In this document: positions 63,500 through 64,000 of the stretch, piece by piece | Layout: every line of letters begins with the position of its first letter | Numbering within the stretch: the first letter of the stretch is position 1 | Assembly: GCF_001194135.2 (NCBI RefSeq) | Contig: NC_068982.1 | Location: 49,891,940-49,955,939 of the forward strand | Source of the DNA: Octopus bimaculoides | Taxonomy: Eukaryota | Direction: 5' to 3' | Length of the DNA stretch: 64,000 bases | Translations under genes and position numbers: made by a program | Notes under the pieces: generated by a model | What the model was told of the DNA's origin: nothing | Database searches by the model: none | Seen by the model: only the letters and a program-made list of their open reading frames with translations

Positions 63500-64000
63500 G
63501 GAGGGAAGATTTTTTTCTCAAAAAGTTAAGATTGAGAACTCAATTTTAACTCTGAGAAAAAATCTTCTCTCCAAATATTGTAACTGTATCAAGGAACTTC
63601 CAAAACACACACTCTCTCTCTCTCGTACACTAGAACAAAACCACAATGTATCCCAACCCATTAATATTCTAGATAATAACAATACCAATAATAACATTGA
63701 TAGGACAAATAGCCATAACAATAATTCCATTGATCTAGATTCCTACACATCCCCCAATAACATATCCTCTACTAATAATAACTCACCCACCAGCATATGC
63801 AACCCTCTAGCCTCCTACACTTGTAACTGTCGCTCCGGGACTATCTGTCCGCTTCAAACACATTGCCTAAGATACAATGTAATATATAAATGCACCGTGA
63901 GAAATCTATTACATAACTCTACTGCTACATACATAGGTGCAACTAAAAACTTCAAACATCGCTACGCAGCCCATTTGCACTCTTTTAGATACGACAAACA
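63500..64000 (+). mobile_element. 5'-truncated Penelope-like element: Asn-rich linker plus GIY-YIG endonuclease, running off the window end
   Basis: Stop-free frame without an ATG (absent from the ORF track) reading ..TCNCRSGTICPLQTHCLRYNVIYKCTVRNLLHNSTATYIGATKNFKHRYAAHLHSFRYDK. This shows the PLE CNC..CPL..CL knuckle followed by VIY...YIG..F..RY..H. Confidence 0.85.

Overview
AT-rich, microsatellite-rich animal genomic DNA with seven N-gaps. The repeat families suggest an octopus or other coleoid cephalopod (inference from repeat character, not a database search). The window lies inside one large minus-strand gene, recognised as KATNIP/KIAA0556 (katanin-interacting protein, DUF4457 domains). 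I reconstructed eight phase-compatible internal exons (1,407 coding nt over about 60 kb); both ends of the gene lie outside the window. The introns are filled with tRNA-headed SINEs, RTE-type LINE remnants, R4/Dong-type RLE retrotransposons stacked in (TAA)n arrays, Tc1/mariner, piggyBac-like and hAT-like elements, Helentron-like elements and Penelope-like element (PLE) pieces. Main highlights: (1) three unrelated hammerhead-ribozyme-like motifs, two with intact cores and palindromic stem III, one of them sense to the KATNIP pre-mRNA; (2) an inverted pair of hammerhead-bearing repeat arms; (3) a 158-bp, 99%-identical inverted copy of nearby DNA joined to the 5' end of a young Dong insertion. 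Almost all entries in the ORF track are microsatellite, gap or repeat artefacts.
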